In this document: one piece after another, positions 58,704 through 64,000 of the stretch
Numbering within the stretch: the stretch's first letter is position 1
Layout of the letters: the number at the start of each line of letters is the position of its first letter
Source: Octopus vulgaris
Taxonomy: Eukaryota
Assembly (NCBI GenBank): GCA_951406725.2
Contig: OX597814.1
Coordinates: forward strand, 19,654,001-19,718,000
Length of the DNA stretch: 64,000 nucleotides
Direction of reading: 5' to 3'
Notes under the pieces: model-generated
Told to the model about the DNA's origin: nothing
The model's database searches: none
What the model saw: the letters and a program-made list of their open reading frames with translations, nothing else
Made by a program: the position numbers and the translations under genes

Positions 58704-58822
58704 GAGTATAGAAATTCGGGGTGAGTACTTGATAATTATAAGCACCTGTGTATACCGTTTGGTGGTGTAGGTGGTGGAGTAAATTGATCAAAATAAAATA
58801 AAAACATGATGCGAAGGATTCA

Positions 58823-58900
58823 GCGGTACATATGTTTCGGGCCTTTATTAGACAGATTTATAACAATGCATAATGTATGTCTGTGGCCTTCTTCAGCCGC
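58823..58900 (-). ncRNA. Type I hammerhead ribozyme with intact core (sense to the PLE ORF)
   Basis: Reverse complement of 58284-58361. Confidence 0.85.
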
Positions 58901-60807
58901 GCACAACAGCTTCCGCAAGGACATGTGTTACATCAAAAATTCTTGGTTGGGGATGCAAATCCTCTCATTCACGTACGACATAATGCGGCAGCAGCATAGA
59001 ATTGAAGCGTCCATCTCTTTCTTCTCTCAATGTAGAATGAGGAAAATTGGATGTTGAGGTAATGTAAATAAATAAATACATATATAGAGGTGAAGATGGA
59101 GGAGCGAGAGTTCGGGACGAGGGATAAAAAGTGTATAAAAAGTGTAAGTATAGAATAATATAAAAATGTAGAGGATAAAGATATAAAGAGTTGTAAGGAG
59201 ATGTAAAGGGGGTATAGAGAAATATAAAGAAATGTAAATAAATGTAAAGGCATAAGGTTATAAAGTAAAAATAGAAATAGAAATAAAAGTAAAAAAATCT
59301 GATAAGACCATGATAAAAGTGTAAAAGAATGTAAAGGTAAGGGATGTATAGAGGTTACGGACCAAGCATGGTGGTCAGGAGATTGATAAAATTTAGTTGT
59401 AGAATTGTCAGTAAATCAACAGTAAATCAACAGTTTCGTCTGGGGACTTAATGCGTTGTAAATCAGAGCTGATGAGCATTTAATCTGGTTCCTTGAATTA
59501 AATGGACTTCTAGTACATACATATCATCATGGATACATACACCCACATACACGCGTACATATACGCCTCCAAGCATATAAGCATGCACACGCACTCGCGT
59601 GTCAACACGTACATAAACACACACGCACCCACACGCACGCGCGTACACACACATACATACACCAGAATATCCGCATATATACACGGACATTACGCGCGTA
59701 CACGCTCACATGTATATACGCGCGCCCATCACTACATACACACACGTATATGCCCACGCCTCAAGGTCCAGGTATAAGATATTAAAGGATGTGTATAAGA
59801 ACGTAAGTAAAGAATCTCGTACTCATGTCAATACGCGCACGCACACACGGCTGTGTGTCCGTATGTGCGTGCACATATACACTCACATACACACACAGAG
59901 AGACACACGCGCACATGGGTATAGCTATAAGATATCGAAGTATGCATGTACACATATGCGCGTGCATATGTATGCGTATGCACACGTACGCGGACGCTCG
60001 TATATTCAAAAGATGGATCCATATGTAAGTAAATAAACATATATAGAGGTGTAAAGCGATAAGTTAGGGGTAAGAATGAGGGTAAGGGTAAAGATTAGAA
60101 ATAAAAAATACAGTATAAAATAAGAAATACAATGTAATAGTTAGAAATGAAGTATATGAATTATAAAAATTATAAGAGTTAAAGTAAGGGATGAAAATGA
60201 AAATGAGAATAAATGGAAGTAGAATAAAAGTAAAAATAAAATTAAAAATAAAAATAAATGGAAGTAGGATAAAAATAAAAATAAAAGTAAAAATAAAAAT
60301 AAAATAAAATAAGATAAAAATAAATTTTGTAAAGTTTAACATGAGATGGAGGTGGTTGAAAGTTAGAGGTGTGTGTTAACTGTTGGGGCGGGGGGGGGAA
60401 CTGAAAATTGGAAGGGTGGGAAGTGGAGTTTGGCGGTGTGCGTTCAACATCTGAGTTAGAAATGTGAAAGGGTATAGATATAGGGAATTAAAGAGACTAC
60501 ATAGGGAGGATATGGGTGTAGGAGAAGAAATATTTAGGGAAAAGAAGTCATATATGGGAGACAAAATTTGTATATATAGGGGGAAAATGCAGGGAACCGT
60601 ATATGCACATACACACACCCACACACACACACACACGCACATGTGTATATATATGTATATGTACACATACGTACACGTATGTGCACATACATACGCACAC
60701 ACACACACACACACACATACACACGCACATATAGGAAAGCGGGATGTGCTGGAGCCGACAGGTTGCACCGGGTGGGAGGAAATTGCATGGGGGAGTTGGT
60801 ATAAGAC

Positions 60808-62285
60808 CTAAGCATTGTAGTATTTGAAAGTATTAATAAGTTTATGTATACAGGATGGTTTGAACTCTGACCTTTTGTTAATAAGATTGTGTTTGTCTTT
60901 GAATTTCAAGATGTTCAGGAGTTCTACGCAGCATAGTTGGCATCCTGCTCTATTATTTAAATAAGGTGCAGCTGATCCGATGATGGACCATCTGAGTTTG
61001 AAGCCTATGCATTTGTCTTTTAATTCCCAAATTCTTTTAGAGAGGGAGGTGCTGTTAGCCTTATGTCTGTGTCTCAGCGAGGACCGGTGGTTGTAGTATC
61101 TGGATTTCCAGGAGGTTGAGCAACCAATATAGGTGAGTGTGTTAAACTGAGTACTCACCTCACATGAGTATATTACGTTTTTCGCCCTACATGCGCCCTG
61201 CAGCGGGCACTTTGATGCACATCTGCAGTTGCATTGCATTGTATTATTCGGTCGTGTGCTGCTAATCCCAGGCGGAGGTGTTGCAATACGAGTGGGGGCG
61301 TTGGTATCCTCCTGGTTGTTGATGGGTGTAGTATTTCCTCTGTTGTGTTGGCGGGTGTTATTACTAACTGTTTGGGTAGTATGGCTGTCAGTCTGGTTAT
61401 ATTGTCTACTGTCTAGATGAGGGGGTTCTGTTGGTCGCTATGGTTCGCTCTTGATCTAGCTGTTCTAATATTAATATAGTTATGTTTAGCTATGAGGCAG
61501 CTCATGTTGGGCAGGGTAGAGTAGGAAATCCTAATAGTTTTGTTGGAGAAGATACTTCTATACTTGTGGGTGGGTGGGAAGTTGTTGGAAATTATAGAGA
61601 ATATTCTCTTACATAACTTACCCCTAACTGCTAAGTTGAAAGGTATGTTGAACCATATATATTTGCGTAATCTACTATTATCCCTTCTATTTCTCCTAAT
61701 AGGATCTATATTGTTCTCGTCGGGAGGGTTACTATTGTGTGCTGTTCTATTAGTTCGCCTATTTCCTATACGTTGTTTGGAGTTTAAATTAGAATTATCG
61801 CTAGTGTGAGTTGAGTGCTGAGTTCGATTATAATTGGGAGTCTTATGGCCGACGGACGTTCCCGGGTGGTCTACATATGATATTCTCTGGTTATACCCGG
61901 CACTATAGAGAGCCTGGTTGTAGTGTTGTGCATGATTATTGAAAATTTCTCTATTAGAGGATAGTTTTGTCAGTCTGTCTGAGATGGCTTGGACCGTGGT
62001 GCTAATTATACAGGGTGGATGGTTGGAAGAGGTATGGATGTATTTGGTAGTTTCTTCTGGTTTCCTATACGGGTAGTGAAGGTGCTTATTCAAATCTAAC
62101 GTAACATCTAAGAAGTTTACTATTTTAGTGTTGGTCATGAATTCTAGTTTAAGATTGAAGGATTTGAAAAAAAGCCTGATCTTTTTCCTAATTCTTTCTA
62201 GTTTACTCCTATTGTTGGTGGGGTATATGAAGAGAGCGTCGTCTCTGTATAGACCCCCCTGAAGATCTGGTACCTCGGAGAAGGT
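60808..62285 (-). pseudogene. PLE RT-thumb, linker and GIY-YIG ORF with one frameshift near 61416-61437
   Basis: GLYRDD, VNFLDVTL, PYRKP, YIHTSSNHP, LYSAGY, IWFNIPF, ISYSTLPNM; CNCxxxxxCPxxGxC, VIY...YIG...RYYNH, CQLCCVE, NKRSE...CIH. Confidence 0.9.
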
Positions 62286-62348
62286 ATATATACATATGTA
62301 GGCATATATCCTCACTCTTTGCATATATAGATAGATAGATATGTATAC

Positions 62349-62390
<42 letters not shown>

Positions 62391-62394
<4 letters not shown>

Positions 62395-64000
62395 CCACTC
62401 CTTGAAAAGGATGGCACACTCACAGGAAATCCAATGAGGGTAAGTGAAATACACTAAATGAGCAATTCAAGAGTATTTTCACGCCACCCCTAGGGCATTT
62501 TCGAGGCAGCAATCCAACTGACTTCTTTACCACTGCAGATATAAAATCGGAGGCACCAATGATTGATTACATCAATATAAAGGAAGACGATGTAATAAAG
62601 GCTATCGATGAAATGAAAACAAACTCAGCTACTAGCCCAGATGGATTCCCAGCAATCCTTCTAAAAGTATGTAAGAGAGTCCTAGCAAGACCACTGCAGT
62701 TCCTCTTTTAGAGCTTCCTTGCAACTGGCAAACTTCCAAGAAAATTGAAGGAAGGTAAAATATGCCCTATTCATAAAGGAGGTAGCAGAGTGGAGGTCAA
62801 GAACTACAGACCTATCTCTCTCACCTCACACATCAGCAAGGTCATGGAACGAATAGTCAGAAGGAAACTAATCACATTCCTTGAAGAAAATGACTTGCTG
62901 CCTGACACTCAACATGGTTTCCGACCAGGAAGAAGCTGCTTAACTCAGCTCCTACAACACTATGACTGGGTGCTGAAACGACTGCTCAACCACTCAAATG
63001 TGGAAGTGATATATCTCGACTTTGCAAAGGCCTTTGATAAAGTCGATCATGGAATGCTATGTCACAAACTGCGTGATCTTGGCATAGTTGGAAAGTTTGG
63101 AAAGTGGCTTCATGACTTTCTGAAGGATAGAAATCACATGGTAGTAGCCAATGGGGCCACTTCCACTAACACGCAAATAGTGAGCGGTGTTCCGCAGGGC
63201 ACTGTTTTGGGACCCCTACTTTTCATAATGGCCCTCTCAGACATGCCCTCAGCCACGCAGAGAGCCACGATCACAAGTTATGCAGATGATACAAAAGTTT
63301 CACAGGCAATACAGAACCCTGAGGACACTAAGCACCTGCAATGTGAGCTGGACAAAATATACAAGTGGGCTGAAAAGAATAGCATGCAGTTCAATGTTGA
63401 AAAGTTTCAAGCTCTATGCTATCAGCACGCAAAACTAAATGCAATACCCAATGAATACACTGGACCTGGAAGGACTGCAATTCCAGAGGCACAATCAGTG
63501 CGAGACCTGGGTATTTACATGAGTGATGATGTAACCTTTCATGTGCATGTTGCTAAATTGGCAATGAAATGTAGGCGGCTGACCAGATGGATTCTTAGAA
63601 CCTTCAGAACAAGAGACCAGGAAACCATGATGGTCCTCTTGAGGACACTTGTCCTAAGCCATTTTGACTATTGCTCTCAGCCATGGTCACCATCTAGTGT
63701 CAAGTTAATCACAGAACTTGAGGCGATCCAACGAAGCTACACGAAGAAGATAGCCTCTGTGCAGCATATAAGCTATTGGGAAAGACTGAAGAGATTGAGA
63801 CTCTATTCCTTAGAGCGTAGGCGAGAAAGATATGCCATAATATACATATGGAAGATCCTAGAAGGACTTGTCCCAAACTTTGGCATCAAGAGTTACACAA
63901 ATGCCAGAACTGGGCGCCACTGCATAGTGCCAAGGACTCCAAATTTGCCATCAAGATGTAGGACAAGATACTGTGATAGCCTGGGCTTCCGAGGCCCACA
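62391..64000 (+). mobile_element. 5'-truncated CR1-group LINE RT region, running off the window
   Basis: Manual translation: SPDGFP, PIHKGG, NYRPISLTS, QHGFRPGRSCLTQL, YLDFAKAFDKVDH, SGVPQGTVLGPLLF, YADDTK, RDLG; one stop near 62709. Confidence 0.92.

Larger units (their letters stand above)
58121..59063. repeat. 362-bp tail-to-tail inverted pLTR pair
   Basis: 58121-58482 pairs with 58702-59063, one mismatch noticed; spacer is (TA)n plus two partial copies of the 3' end. Confidence 0.95.
58702..62285 (-). mobile_element. 5'-truncated Penelope-like element, Naiad type
   Basis: RT C-terminal half, GIY-YIG, ~1.75-kb 3' UTR, HHR-bearing pLTR ending in (TA)n. Confidence 0.88.

Noticed and set aside
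59428-59510. CTGATGAG followed by an 8-bp stem on plus, and GTC-CCCA-GAC-GAAAC on minus, as a hammerhead or SECIS
   Set aside because: The two half-cores are on opposite strands; plus lacks GAAA after the stem and has no apical AA loop

Overview
AT-rich, microsatellite-dense eukaryotic DNA. The tRNA-derived SINE families resemble those I know from Octopus, so a cephalopod origin is inferred, not proven. No host protein-coding gene can be supported. The window holds relics of RTE, CRE, Tx1/L1 and CR1 non-LTR retroelements, Tc1/mariner transposons and MITEs, non-autonomous Helitrons, three SINE families and a ~9.5-kb higher-order minisatellite (33.7-43.2 kb). The most interesting layer is a Penelope-like element (PLE) and hammerhead ribozyme (HHR) system. 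A Naiad-type PLE (RT with LYRDD plus C-terminal GIY-YIG) ends in a 362-bp tail-to-tail inverted repeat, and each arm carries an intact type I hammerhead. At least seven further complete, partial or degenerate hammerheads from different sequence families occur elsewhere in the window. Most lie next to (TA)n tracts, several have fold-back 5' ends, and three share an unusual CCGANGA (U4C) core. All structures were read by eye; no alignment or folding software was run.
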